From: Oligoflexia bacterium
GTDB lineage: Bacteria > Bdellovibrionota > UBA1018
Length of the DNA: 64,000 nucleotides
NCBI GenBank assembly: GCA_963758495.1
Contig: CAVWVI010000003.1
Span: 1,216,001-1,280,000 of the forward strand
Direction: 5' to 3'
Part shown: positions 12,346 to 22,072 of the stretch, in pieces
Layout of the letters: the number at the start of each line of letters is the position of its first letter
Numbering within the stretch: the first letter of the stretch is position 1
Program-made: the position numbers and the translations under genes
The notes under the pieces: generated by a model
What the model was told of the DNA's origin: nothing
Seen by the model: only the letters and a program-made list of their open reading frames with translations
Database searches by the model: none

Positions 12346-12951
12346 GTGGCCTATAACCCTAAAGACTATTATTTTCAAAAAGCTAAAGAAGAGAACTATG
12401 CTGCTCGTTCTGTCTTTAAAATTCAGGAAATTGATGAGCGATTTAAAATTTTAAAATCAGGCTATAAAGTGCTCGATTTAGGTGCCGCCCCTGGCTCTTG
12501 GTCACAATTTGCCTCTGAAAAGGTAGGCAAACCCGGTCGTGTTCTTGGGATTGATATTCAACCTATTAAATTAACTCTTCCAAATGCTGTTTTCGTGACA
12601 GCAGACATGAGAGATCTTCAATTGGAAGAAATCATGGCTGCCCATGAAATTACACCTCCATTTGATGTAGTTCTTTCAGATATGGCACCGAAAACCACAG
12701 GCATACGCATTACCGACCAAACACGCTCAATGGAGCTGTGTGAGCTTGCTTTAGCTACGGCAGAACGATTTTTACGCCCGAAGGGCTCTTTTGTTTGTAA
12801 ACTGTTTCATAGTGAAGAATTTGAAAATTTTCGTAGATCCTTACGTGATCGCTTTGGGCGAGTCGAAGTCCTCCGCCCTAAAAGTACCCGTAAAGAAAGT
12901 AAAGAAATTTTCTTTATCGCTTTGCAATATAAGCCCAAGACTGGAACATAA
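12346..12951 (+). CDS. rlmE: 23S rRNA Um2552 methyltransferase RlmE (FtsJ)
   Basis: DYYFQKAK..YAARSVFK, VLDLGAAPGSWSQ, VLSDMAP and STRKESKEIF motifs. Start GTG 12346. Confidence 0.95.
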   Translation: MAYNPKDYYFQKAKEENYAARSVFKIQEIDERFKILKSGYKVLDLGAAPGSWSQFASEKVGKPGRVLGIDIQPIKLTLPNAVFVTADMRDLQLEEIMAAHEITPPFDVVLSDMAPKTTGIRITDQTRSMELCELALATAERFLRPKGSFVCKLFHSEEFENFRRSLRDRFGRVEVLRPKSTRKESKEIFFIALQYKPKTGT

Positions 12952-12965
12952 ATACTCAGGCCCTG

Positions 12966-13010
12966 TCCTTACTTAAACTGATCCTTACTTAAACCTTTCC
13001 TCACTTAAAG
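12966..13010. repeat. Three 13-bp direct repeats with 16-bp period (TCCT(T/C)ACTTAAA(C/G))
   Basis: Copies at 12966, 12982 and 12998; the third overlaps the pilin stop codon. Confidence 0.7.
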
Positions 13011-13219
13011 TTGTACTTTGACTGGCACCCCGGACATGCTGCTGAAATTTGCTTGGTATAGTAACCCCAGATACTGACCACTGTTTTTCGAAATCCTGTA
13101 CCAATAATACCCATGAGCGAAACGGCCACCAGCATCATTAAAATATACTCAACTACTGCCTGACCCTCTTCAGAGTGGGGAAAGCGATTTTGTGAGCTGT
13201 TTATAAGCTTTATCATCAA
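13001..13219 (-). CDS. Small Flp/Tad-type pilin-like protein
   Basis: Class III signal EEG|QAVVEYILM followed by a hydrophobic helix; C-terminal CPGC. Confidence 0.7.
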   Translation of the reverse strand: MMIKLINSSQNRFPHSEEGQAVVEYILMMLVAVSLMGIIGTGFRKTVVSIWGYYTKQISAACPGCQSKYNFK

Positions 13220-13246
13220 TCCAATTATAAGGTATAATGAAGCGAG

Positions 13247-13822
13247 ATGACAAGATCCAGAACAAGGAATAGTAGTACTCTAGGTAAAGTTTTTCTTCCT
13301 ATTTTCATTATCTTGATTTTGGTAATAGGCAGTTTATACCTGATTAAGTCACAGATCCCCCATTCACAAAAGGCGGGGGCACCTATTGAAATCCAAGTAG
13401 GTAACACTCTTCCAGATTTTACACTAACTTTATTGGATGGCTCCCAAGTAAAAATCTCGGACATTCATTCAAAAGTATTTCTGATCAATTTTTGGGCGAC
13501 CTGGTGTGAAGCCTGTATGAGTGAAATGCCCTCTCTTGTTCAATTAAGAAATACCTTTGTCTCACGAGGTTTTGAAGTTTTAGCAATCAATCTCGATGAA
13601 AGTCCTGAGGGTGTTGTGCCCAAAACGATTCGCCAATTTAAAATGGAATTTCCAGTTTATAAAGATTCCGAGGGCCATGTGGCAGAATTATTTGATGTAC
13701 ATGCAATCCCGCTCACTGTGATTATTGATGATCATCGAAAAATCCTTTTCGTAAAAGATGGCGAAGAAAATTGGAATGGGCCGCTGTTCCATTCTCAACT
13801 CCAGAAATGGCTTTCCGGATGA
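13247..13822 (+). CDS. TlpA/ResA-family thiol-disulfide oxidoreductase
   Basis: N-terminal TM helix; INFWATWCEAC and AIPLT (cis-Pro) motifs. Confidence 0.9.
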   Translation: MTRSRTRNSSTLGKVFLPIFIILILVIGSLYLIKSQIPHSQKAGAPIEIQVGNTLPDFTLTLLDGSQVKISDIHSKVFLINFWATWCEACMSEMPSLVQLRNTFVSRGFEVLAINLDESPEGVVPKTIRQFKMEFPVYKDSEGHVAELFDVHAIPLTVIIDDHRKILFVKDGEENWNGPLFHSQLQKWLSG

Positions 13823-14520
13823 ATACCCAAGTTCCCCCCGTACATTTTAAACCATTTCTCTCCAGTGGGTCTTTGCCCATTTTTATGACCCGAGAGAATA
13901 AAAATTCATTGGGGCTTTTCCTTGCTGCAATAGCGATTGGACTCTATCTCCCCGCCAATCATATCCACTTTTTTCCACCTCAAGTTCTTCCCATGTCCTG
14001 GATCGACTCCGTAGTCCCTTTTCTTCCCTATTCCGTTTGGATTTACATTAGTGAATATATATTCTTTATTGCCGTTTACATGACTTGCAAAGACTTAGTA
14101 AATTTAAACAAATATTTTTATTCTTTTCTCATTCTTCAAATAGTCAGTGTTTTCATTTTTTGGGTTTGGCCGACGACTTATCCCCGACAGCTTTTTCCTC
14201 TTCCTGACCACTTAAATCCAATCACCCACTACGTTTTTACTACTTTGAGAGCAACAGACACCCCTGCGAATTGCTGCCCCAGTCTCCATGTTAGTAGCGT
14301 TTATCTTTCAGCATTTATCTTTTTGGATGATCAAAAGAAGAAATTCCCATTTTTCTTTTTATGGGGAACAGCCATAGCCATCTCTACCCTCACCACTAAA
14401 CAACATTATTTAATTGATGTCGTAAGTGGGTTTTTCATGGCGTTAATTACTTATTGGATTTTTCATAAATATGTAACTTATCGTCCGGTTCAATTTGGAA
14501 AACGCCAAGCAAATCGATAA
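13819..14520 (+). CDS. PAP2/AUR1-like membrane phosphoesterase
   Basis: Multi-TM protein with CPSLHV and KQHYLIDV motifs. ATG 13819 overlaps the upstream stop. Confidence 0.8.
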   Translation: MNTQVPPVHFKPFLSSGSLPIFMTRENKNSLGLFLAAIAIGLYLPANHIHFFPPQVLPMSWIDSVVPFLPYSVWIYISEYIFFIAVYMTCKDLVNLNKYFYSFLILQIVSVFIFWVWPTTYPRQLFPLPDHLNPITHYVFTTLRATDTPANCCPSLHVSSVYLSAFIFLDDQKKKFPFFFLWGTAIAISTLTTKQHYLIDVVSGFFMALITYWIFHKYVTYRPVQFGKRQANR

Positions 14521-15749
14521 TACGATTCCTCAAATTTTGAAAAGGGGAGTATCGCTATATCCGCATCTTTACCCACTTCCAAAGTTCCCTTGGAGTCATG
14601 CAACCCTAGGGCCCTCGCCCCATTATAAGTCACTCCAGCAAAGATCTCCGCTCGAGTCATCTTTAAATAAAGAGCCGTAATCGTCATCACGGCAGGTAAC
14701 GACAAGCACATACAAGATCCAGGATTAAAATCAGTTGCAATGGCTACTCGAGCACCTGCATCGATCAACTTTCGGGCAGGAGCATAGGGTGCATTCAAAT
14801 AAAAGGCCGTTCCAGGGAGAAGGACTGCCACTGTATTTGAAGCGGCGATTTTTTTAATCCCATTTTCTGAAATCTTAAGCAAGTGATCTGCCGAAAGGGC
14901 GCCTAATTCTGCGGCCAAGGCAGCTGACTCTGTGTTGGCGAGCTCATCCGCATGAACTTTTATTTTTAATCCCAATTGACGTGCGCGAGTTAAAATACTA
15001 CGGCCCTCATCCAGCGTATAATAACCGTCATCTATAAATACATCACAACTGTCTGCAAGCTTTCTTCTAGCGATCTCTGGAAGCATCACCTCGATGATCT
15101 CTTTTAAATAATCCTCGCGTTTACAATCCTTAGGAAAATCATGAGCGCCCAAAAAGGTCGCTGTTAACATCATTTGAGGAAAATATTTTCTCAGTTTGGG
15201 TATGATTTTAAGAATTTTAGTTTCTGCCTCTGCTGAAAGACCGTATCCACTTTTAATTTCGACTGTTCTGACTCCGTAAGAGTAAATTTCTTTTAGTCGA
15301 TCAATCGCCAGTTCTTCTAATTCCTCTGTTGTAGCAGCTCGAGTTGCCCGAACAGTGGTCTGAATGCCCCCCCCCTTTTTGGCAATCTCCTGATAGGTAG
15401 CTCCGGCACATCTCGCAGCAAACTCTTCGGATCGATCTCCCGCAAAGATCAAATGGTTATGACAATCCACCATTCCAGGGATCACAGCTCGTTTTTGCTT
15501 AAGATTGACTTTTTTAATTCGAGCCCACTTTTTAGGGAAAGCCACTGTAGGCCCCACCCATTCAATTCTGTGAGGAATTTCTATTTTCCCCTGCTTTCTA
15601 ATACTGTACACGATAGCTCCATCAGGAATCCGACCCAAGTCCTCTTCCTGAACTTTTCTACCGTCTTTTTCACGTACTCCTACTCCAGTCAGTAACTCAC
15701 TCGCATGAATGATTGCTCTAAAAATCACTGTTTTGCCCTTATGACTCAT
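14490..15749 (-). CDS. hutI: Imidazolonepropionase
   Basis: PGMVDCHNHL, EIKSGYGL, FLGAH, KVHADEL, SADHL and ATDFNPGS motifs. Confidence 0.96.
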   Translation of the reverse strand: MSHKGKTVIFRAIIHASELLTGVGVREKDGRKVQEEDLGRIPDGAIVYSIRKQGKIEIPHRIEWVGPTVAFPKKWARIKKVNLKQKRAVIPGMVDCHNHLIFAGDRSEEFAARCAGATYQEIAKKGGGIQTTVRATRAATTEELEELAIDRLKEIYSYGVRTVEIKSGYGLSAEAETKILKIIPKLRKYFPQMMLTATFLGAHDFPKDCKREDYLKEIIEVMLPEIARRKLADSCDVFIDDGYYTLDEGRSILTRARQLGLKIKVHADELANTESAALAAELGALSADHLLKISENGIKKIAASNTVAVLLPGTAFYLNAPYAPARKLIDAGARVAIATDFNPGSCMCLSLPAVMTITALYLKMTRAEIFAGVTYNGARALGLHDSKGTLEVGKDADIAILPFSKFEESYYRFAWRFPN

Positions 15750-17295
15750 GATGTAGAAAGCATTTTTGTAAAAGTTCAGTCAGCTCATCAGAAGAAATGA
15801 TTTCTTCCATCAAATTATAATCTTCATAAAATACTCGATCAGAATCGAATCGACTGACTTTTTGACGAATTAAGGCATGGACTTTCTCTATAACCTGAGA
15901 ACTCTTCCGGGGACGTAATAAATCAATCCCTTGAGCGGCTGAAAGGAGCTCTAACATTAAAACACGTTGGGTATTAGCCACTACTTTTTTTGCTTTTCTA
16001 GCTCCCCATGCTCCCATACTAACATGATCTTCCTTATCTGCTGAAGTCGGAATGGAATCCACGCTAGCGGGGTGACAGAGCGTTTTATTCTCTGACACAA
16101 TACTGGCTGCAACGACCTGGACAATCATAAAGCCACTATTTAATCCTCCCTGCGTAGTCAAGAAAGGGGGAAGGTCCGAAGTAGCGGGGTTCACAAGTTT
16201 TGAAATTCTTTGCTCAGAAATACTCGCGAGTTCAGCGACTGCAATGGCCAGAGCATCCATAGCGATTGCGACTATTTGGCCATGGAAATTTCCACCACTC
16301 AAAATTTTTCCTTCAACAGGAAATAATAAGGGATTATCAGTTACCGAATTAATCTCCCGTTCAAGTACTTGCCTTACAAATGCCAAGGTATCACGCGAAG
16401 CCCCATGAACTTGAGGCATACATCTTAAACTATACGGATCTTGTACTTTCCCACAATTTTCATGACTTGTAGCAATCTCGCTCTTAACCCCCCCAGACAA
16501 AAGAATATTACGAAGATGGCTGGCAACCAAAACTTGGCCTGGGTGGGGTCGAACGGATTGAATCTCTGGATCAAATGCACTCGTCGTTCCTCGAAGTGCC
16601 TCGACACTCATTGCCCCTGCCAAATCAGCAATGTCGCACTGATGCTCTGCCTCTAAAAGATTGAGAACGCCCATTGCTGTCATAAACTGAGTGCCATTAA
16701 TGAGAGCTAAACCTTCTTTTGGACCTAGACGAATGGGCTCGAGTCCGACTGAGTTCAGTGCTTCAATCCCTGTCATCTCTCTCCCACCGTTTACTCCTGA
16801 GATGCGAGCCTTTCCTTCGCCGATGAGAACTAATGCCAAATGAGAGAGAGGCGCAAGATCGCCACTTGCTCCAACAGAGCCCTGCTCAGGAATAATCGGA
16901 ATAATTCCTCGATTTAATACCGCTAAAATCTGCTGAACTAATGCGAGACTGACCCCAGAGTGACCAATCGCCAGATTACTCGCTCTCAACAAAAGCATTG
17001 CACGCACGTATTGATCTTCCAGAGGGGAACCTATTCCACAGGCGTGAGATCTCAGAAGATTATATTGTAATTTCTCGATATCTTGAGAGGGAATCCGAAC
17101 ATTTGAAAGCAAACCAAAACCTGTATTCACACCATAAAAGGTGGCTCCCGTCTTGATCTTTGAAATAAGAAAATCATGAGCCCGCTGAATTTTCTCAATT
17201 GCCACGGAAGAAAGTTCTACTGTCCTCTTTTTTACAGCAACCTCATAAACCTCTGTGAGTGTTAAAGGTGCTGTCCCAAGTTTTAATGTCTCCAT
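15739..17295 (-). CDS. hutH: Histidine ammonia-lyase
   Basis: YGVNTGFG, GSVGASGDLAPL (MIO), KEGLALINGTQ, QDPYSLRC and EDHVSMG motifs. Confidence 0.97.
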   Translation of the reverse strand: METLKLGTAPLTLTEVYEVAVKKRTVELSSVAIEKIQRAHDFLISKIKTGATFYGVNTGFGLLSNVRIPSQDIEKLQYNLLRSHACGIGSPLEDQYVRAMLLLRASNLAIGHSGVSLALVQQILAVLNRGIIPIIPEQGSVGASGDLAPLSHLALVLIGEGKARISGVNGGREMTGIEALNSVGLEPIRLGPKEGLALINGTQFMTAMGVLNLLEAEHQCDIADLAGAMSVEALRGTTSAFDPEIQSVRPHPGQVLVASHLRNILLSGGVKSEIATSHENCGKVQDPYSLRCMPQVHGASRDTLAFVRQVLEREINSVTDNPLLFPVEGKILSGGNFHGQIVAIAMDALAIAVAELASISEQRISKLVNPATSDLPPFLTTQGGLNSGFMIVQVVAASIVSENKTLCHPASVDSIPTSADKEDHVSMGAWGARKAKKVVANTQRVLMLELLSAAQGIDLLRPRKSSQVIEKVHALIRQKVSRFDSDRVFYEDYNLMEEIISSDELTELLQKCFLHHES

Positions 17296-17298
17296 ATC

Positions 17299-17973
17299 TT
17301 ATTTCCCTTCAAAACCTGATTTGAGCTGTGCAATAGCCTTTCGCCGATCTGCTGCTCCAAAAATAGCTGAACCTGCCACAAAAACATCTGCGCCGGCAGT
17401 GTGCAATTTTTCTATATTGGAAGCTTGTACGCCTCCATCTACCTCAATCAAAAACTTTCGGTTTCCTCTTAAATGCCTCAGCTTTTCTACTTTTGCTACT
17501 GAGCTTTCTATAAATTTTTGCCCACCCAACCCAGGATTGACGCTCATTACCAAAACAAGATCCACCCAATCCAATACTTCTTCGATTAAAACGAGGGGAG
17601 ATCCTGGATTTAAGGAGACTCCTGCCTTTGCACCTAACTTACGAATTTGGTTCAACACGCGATCGAGATGAGGAGTGGCCTCAGCATGCACGGTCACGCA
17701 ATCAGCACCCGCCTGGATAAAAGGCTCAACCCAATTTTCCGGCTGACTCACCATCAAATGGCAATCCAAAGGAAGCCGAGTTAAAGGTCTGAGCGCTTTG
17801 ACCACAAGTGGGCCAATCGTGAGATTTGGAACAAAGTGTCCATCCATCACATCCACATGAATCCAATCTGCTCCAGCCTCTTCTACTGATTTGATTTCTT
17901 CGCCAAGGCGCGCAAAGTCGGCAGATAAAATAGAGGGAGCTATCAACGAGGGGCTTCTTTTTTGGGTAGTCAT
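17299..17973 (-). CDS. rpe: Ribulose-phosphate 3-epimerase
   Basis: [28 protein letters not shown] and EVDGG motifs. Confidence 0.97.
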   Translation of the reverse strand: MTTQKRSPSLIAPSILSADFARLGEEIKSVEEAGADWIHVDVMDGHFVPNLTIGPLVVKALRPLTRLPLDCHLMVSQPENWVEPFIQAGADCVTVHAEATPHLDRVLNQIRKLGAKAGVSLNPGSPLVLIEEVLDWVDLVLVMSVNPGLGGQKFIESSVAKVEKLRHLRGNRKFLIEVDGGVQASNIEKLHTAGADVFVAGSAIFGAADRRKAIAQLKSGFEGK

Positions 17974-18038
17974 CGAAACAAGACCATAGCAAAACCGACT
18001 TTAATCTGCATTTATTTTAATACTGGGTGTATAAGCCT

Positions 18039-19817
18039 CTACCGCGTTAATTGAATCTGCTGAAGTCTCCCGAGAAGCTCCGCCGAAGTGGGTCTTCGAT
18101 CCGGGTCAGGCTGGATCGCATCCATTGCGAGCTTAAGGAGTGATTTATTGAATTTATCTGTTCTTTCATCTTCGATCCAAGCTTGAAGCTGTTCAGATGT
18201 TTGATGGACAACCCCACTGTAGCATCTTTGAACTTTGACTTTATCTTCCTCTTTCGTCCGACCTTTGCTGGACTCTTTATATTCACAGCTCTCTAGACCG
18301 ATCGCAAGTTCTTTTGTAGGACGAAAACGGTCTTTCATTTTGGCAGGGAACAGCTCATCTGCAAGCATCACTCCCACTGCGAACACATCTCTTTTTAATG
18401 CTCTTGTGGCTTTTGTTTGGGCGTCACCACTTCCTAGACCATAAGAAAGGCATTCGGGAGAAAGATATCCCGGTGTTCCATCGCAGGGCATAGGACCTCG
18501 TAAGTTTTCAGGTTTGGATAGATCAACCGCTAATCCAAAGTCATTGATCACTGTTTCCCGATCATTCACCAACACATTTTCTTTTTTTAGATCTGAATGG
18601 AGGATCTTTGCATGATGTAAATTGACCACCCCTTGAAGCATTTGATTGAAGTAAAGCAGTTTGTGCCGGAGAGCCTCTTTTTCGCTTATGTTAAGATTCC
18701 TATCTATTGTCTTGAAAACATTTTTCATTTCTCCCTGTTCATAGAGAGGAGAGGCTACTTTTTTTCGGAGACTGCCATCCGGTTGTTTTATCAAAATCAC
18801 ACGGGAGTGAATGATCCCTGTCTTATTTGAAATATTTTGAATTTTATTAATAAAATACTCTTCTCTCTCCATTTCAATCCTGTTGAGTTCGTTGTTCTTC
18901 CCGTAAGCCCCCGACACTGCGATGGGCTGAAAAGCTCCATTAATCAGTACAAGCTCTCGTAGAGCGGTTTTAAACCCACCCTCCCCAAGGACTCGACCGG
19001 GATCACTCTTAATGTCCAAATAGAGTTCACCGTCTGCACCAGCCTCCCAAATGCCGAAACTCCCTTTTGAATCGAGTCGTAAAATAGGTGTTCGAATTCT
19101 ATCCAGAGTTCCTGCTTTGTGGCTTCTTCTAAAACGTAGAAGCGCCTCCCGTGTGACTTCAGGATCAAAATCCACACCTCGGGACGTGAGGTATTTCTCA
19201 AGACTTTGATACATTCTATTGAAGCTGGCGTCATCACACGCACCCTGTTTGCTCCGATCGAAGATTTCAGCAATCAGGGAATTCGGCCCCTGTTGGGCGT
19301 CAAGATAACCCTGAAGAGCAATCATCGGATCATCTTTTTCAGAATTGATTCTTTGTTTTTCCGCTAAAAGATGAGCATCTTTAAATTTTTCTTTTAAGAT
19401 CAGGGCTTCGAACGCTTTACCAAAGTAATCATTAGCTTTTTGCTCATAGGGTCTTTCACCTTTTAAAAATTCAATGATGCCGACTTTATTTTTAAAAGAT
19501 TTATTGTCCAGATACATCCAACCCTTGGCATTGAGGATTCTTTCTAGATAGTCGTAGAGGTCATATTTTTCAGTCTCTGTAAGCTTCTTATTGTTTTTTA
19601 ATTCATCGTTGATAGCCTGTTCAGCCTTAAGAAAATGGTTTTTGGCAGCTTCCCAATAGATCTTAAATAGCTCTGGGTTACCTTCAGCGGCCTTTAACTT
19701 TCCTGCTGTGTCAATTGCCCAAGCGTATGAAGTGTCGGCATTTCCTAGATTCGAGAATGCAGGTGCTGAAATTGAAAAAATGAATAGCTGAATTAAAACT
19801 ATATATTTTATTTTCAA
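18039..19817 (-). CDS. Secreted eukaryote-like Ser/Thr protein kinase
   Basis: Signal peptide (…SAPAFS); LGEGGFKT, HSDLKKEN, DFG, GTPGYLSPE, DVFAVG and PDRRPT motifs. Confidence 0.85.
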   Translation of the reverse strand: MKIKYIVLIQLFIFSISAPAFSNLGNADTSYAWAIDTAGKLKAAEGNPELFKIYWEAAKNHFLKAEQAINDELKNNKKLTETEKYDLYDYLERILNAKGWMYLDNKSFKNKVGIIEFLKGERPYEQKANDYFGKAFEALILKEKFKDAHLLAEKQRINSEKDDPMIALQGYLDAQQGPNSLIAEIFDRSKQGACDDASFNRMYQSLEKYLTSRGVDFDPEVTREALLRFRRSHKAGTLDRIRTPILRLDSKGSFGIWEAGADGELYLDIKSDPGRVLGEGGFKTALRELVLINGAFQPIAVSGAYGKNNELNRIEMEREEYFINKIQNISNKTGIIHSRVILIKQPDGSLRKKVASPLYEQGEMKNVFKTIDRNLNISEKEALRHKLLYFNQMLQGVVNLHHAKILHSDLKKENVLVNDRETVINDFGLAVDLSKPENLRGPMPCDGTPGYLSPECLSYGLGSGDAQTKATRALKRDVFAVGVMLADELFPAKMKDRFRPTKELAIGLESCEYKESSKGRTKEEDKVKVQRCYSGVVHQTSEQLQAWIEDERTDKFNKSLLKLAMDAIQPDPDRRPTSAELLGRLQQIQLTR

Positions 19818-19950
19818 TGGAAGTTACCCCAGGTCTTTATAGTATCAACACTGTGTAACTAATCAATTTTTGAGTGGGGTTAATTTAGATGAAAGGCTAT
19901 AAATGAAGAGCTATGTTGAAATTATCCAATAATATCAACTTATTGAGAAA

Positions 19951-20880
19951 TTACCGTAGAATCAAAGGCAACGACTGCTTCCGGCCCCGAAGGCCATTTA
20001 AAAACCCACCGGCATCCACTTCCTTTTTTCCATCCCATTGAACAGTCAGAAGCTCCAAGGAACCTTCTTTACAACCTAAAAGAACCATCCCCGCTCTTTC
20101 GAAGATTTGACCCTGATTCCCCTGGATATTCTTACGAACACGAACTTTTTTAATCTTCAGTCTCTCCCCTACATTTACACTTGTGCCTGGCCATGGATTC
20201 AAGGCACGAACTCGACGATCGAGTACTTCTGCAGACTCTTCTGAATTGAGAAATTCCATTTCTTTTGTGAGTTTTGCAGCGTAGGTCACTATCGATTCGT
20301 TCTGCGCTATTCCTTTTAAACTACCGTTCTCTAAGCCCTGAAGGGTAGGAATAATCAATTCAGCCCCCATCAAAGATAATCGATCATGAAGAATCTCTGC
20401 GGTGTCATCCGCTTGAATCGGGGTTTTTGCTTGAAGAAGAATATCGCCTGCATCTAATTTTTCAACCAGCCGCATCGTTGTGACGCCTGATTCTGAATCT
20501 CCTCCTAAGATTGCCCACTGAATAGGCGCAGCCCCTCTCCAACGAGGAAGCAGAGAGGAATGAATATTCACACATCCCAATCGAGACAATTCTAGAACAT
20601 TTTTTCTTAAAATTTGACCATAGGCAACAACCACAATGACATCAGGATTCAGCTCTTGCAGCTTTTCATATTCACCTGCCATAGAAAGCTTTTCAGGTTG
20701 AAATACCGGCAATCCTAATTCAGTCGCCTTTTTCTTCACCGCCGATGCTTTTAAATCGAGGCCCCGGCCTACTGGCTTGTCGGGTTGAGTATACACAGCA
20801 ACAATATTAAATTCTTTATGAATTGCCTCAAGAGAAGGAACAGCAAACTCAGGGGTCCCCATAAAAACGACTCGTAACAT
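19951..20880 (-). CDS. fmt: Methionyl-tRNA formyltransferase
   Basis: FMGTPEFA, TQPDKP, NIHSSLLPRWRGAAPI and LDAGDI motifs. Confidence 0.97.
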   Translation of the reverse strand: MLRVVFMGTPEFAVPSLEAIHKEFNIVAVYTQPDKPVGRGLDLKASAVKKKATELGLPVFQPEKLSMAGEYEKLQELNPDVIVVVAYGQILRKNVLELSRLGCVNIHSSLLPRWRGAAPIQWAILGGDSESGVTTMRLVEKLDAGDILLQAKTPIQADDTAEILHDRLSLMGAELIIPTLQGLENGSLKGIAQNESIVTYAAKLTKEMEFLNSEESAEVLDRRVRALNPWPGTSVNVGERLKIKKVRVRKNIQGNQGQIFERAGMVLLGCKEGSLELLTVQWDGKKEVDAGGFLNGLRGRKQSLPLILR

Positions 20881-20883
20881 GAA

Positions 20884-21540
20884 TTAAAACCCCTTCACTT
20901 TTTTCTTGGATGTCCCAACTGGGCCATGAGCTGCGTTATGATCCGCGCGATTAAAAGGATCATCCTCCATTTCACGACTTAAACGTTCTTGTTTGAGTTT
21001 CTTTTTAATCATCTCTTTTTTCAACGGACTCAAGCGATCAATAAAAAGCTTTCCGTCCAGATGATCCATTTCGTGTTGAATAGCAACCGCCAACAACCCT
21101 TCCGCAGTCAGGGTTCGAGTCACACCATCAATATCCTGATATCTCAGTTTTAATTTCTCGGATCGCTTCACTTCGGCAGAATATTCAGGAACAGATAAGC
21201 AACCTTCTGAAAATAAAATACTCCCCTCGCGGTGAATGATTTCTGGATTGATAATAATTTCTGGCTTTTTATTCTTAATGATATTCTTGCCAATCACTTC
21301 CCCGCCCTGGCGGCTCTCTTCCGTGTCTGGCAGATCCTCTAAGTCATAATCTACATCTATCACTAAAATTCGATCCAAAATTCCCACTTGATTTGCAGCC
21401 AACCCAATACCTGGCGCATCGTACATGGTCTCAAGCATATCGTCTGCTAAGCGATAAAAAGACTTTTCAACTCGTTGAATTGGCTTTGCTTTTTGTGCCA
21501 AGACGTGATCTGGAAATGTATATATTTTTAATTTTGCCAT
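20884..21540 (-). CDS. def: Peptide deformylase
   Basis: GIGLAANQ, EGCLS and QHEMDHL motifs. Start at ATG 21540. Confidence 0.96.
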   Translation of the reverse strand: MAKLKIYTFPDHVLAQKAKPIQRVEKSFYRLADDMLETMYDAPGIGLAANQVGILDRILVIDVDYDLEDLPDTEESRQGGEVIGKNIIKNKKPEIIINPEIIHREGSILFSEGCLSVPEYSAEVKRSEKLKLRYQDIDGVTRTLTAEGLLAVAIQHEMDHLDGKLFIDRLSPLKKEMIKKKLKQERLSREMEDDPFNRADHNAAHGPVGTSKKKVKGF

Positions 21541-21632
21541 TTTTGTTTGACTCGACCTTCGCGGTAAGACCAATAACTAACAAAATCCAAGCGGAAAATC
21601 AAAACAATAGCCCCACGCTTCCTGATGGCGCC

Positions 21633-21941
21633 TCACATTTCGTCCTGAATGAGTTTAAAGAAGTTCCGCATAAATCCTAAAGAATAAAGGGGAATATTTA
21701 ACATTTTTTTATCTAATTTTAGATTTAACTGACTCGTCCGAATTAATAAGGGAGGTGAATATTTTTTTTCGTACTCAGTAATACTTTTATTTTTGGTGTT
21801 TTTACCTGATTTCACTTCCAATGGGAGAATCGTTTCAGCTTTTTTCAATACTGTAGAGATGAGGAAATCTACTTCAGCAGTTCCACGACTTGCCCAATAA
21901 TTGAGAGGTTGTTGCAAATGAACAGATAGCTCTTGGGCCAC
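21633..21941 (-). pseudogene. C-terminal relic of an AAA-DUF4143 protein
   Basis: VAQEL...YW...AEVDFL...PLEVKSG...NIPLY; no ATPase part upstream (AT-rich gap before lptG). Confidence 0.7.
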
Positions 21942-22072
21942 TAAGTTTACTAAAACGTGGTAAATATCACAATATTCCTTAGAAAAATGTGAACTATATG
22001 AAATTAAAAGATAATTATTAAAATAACTTAGGGCATTAGCACCTGAATAGCTCTTCTATAAAATTAACTTCC

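Noticed and set aside
14490..17295. Incomplete hut pathway (no hutU/hutG)
   Set aside because: The other genes may lie elsewhere in the genome; this cannot be judged from one window.
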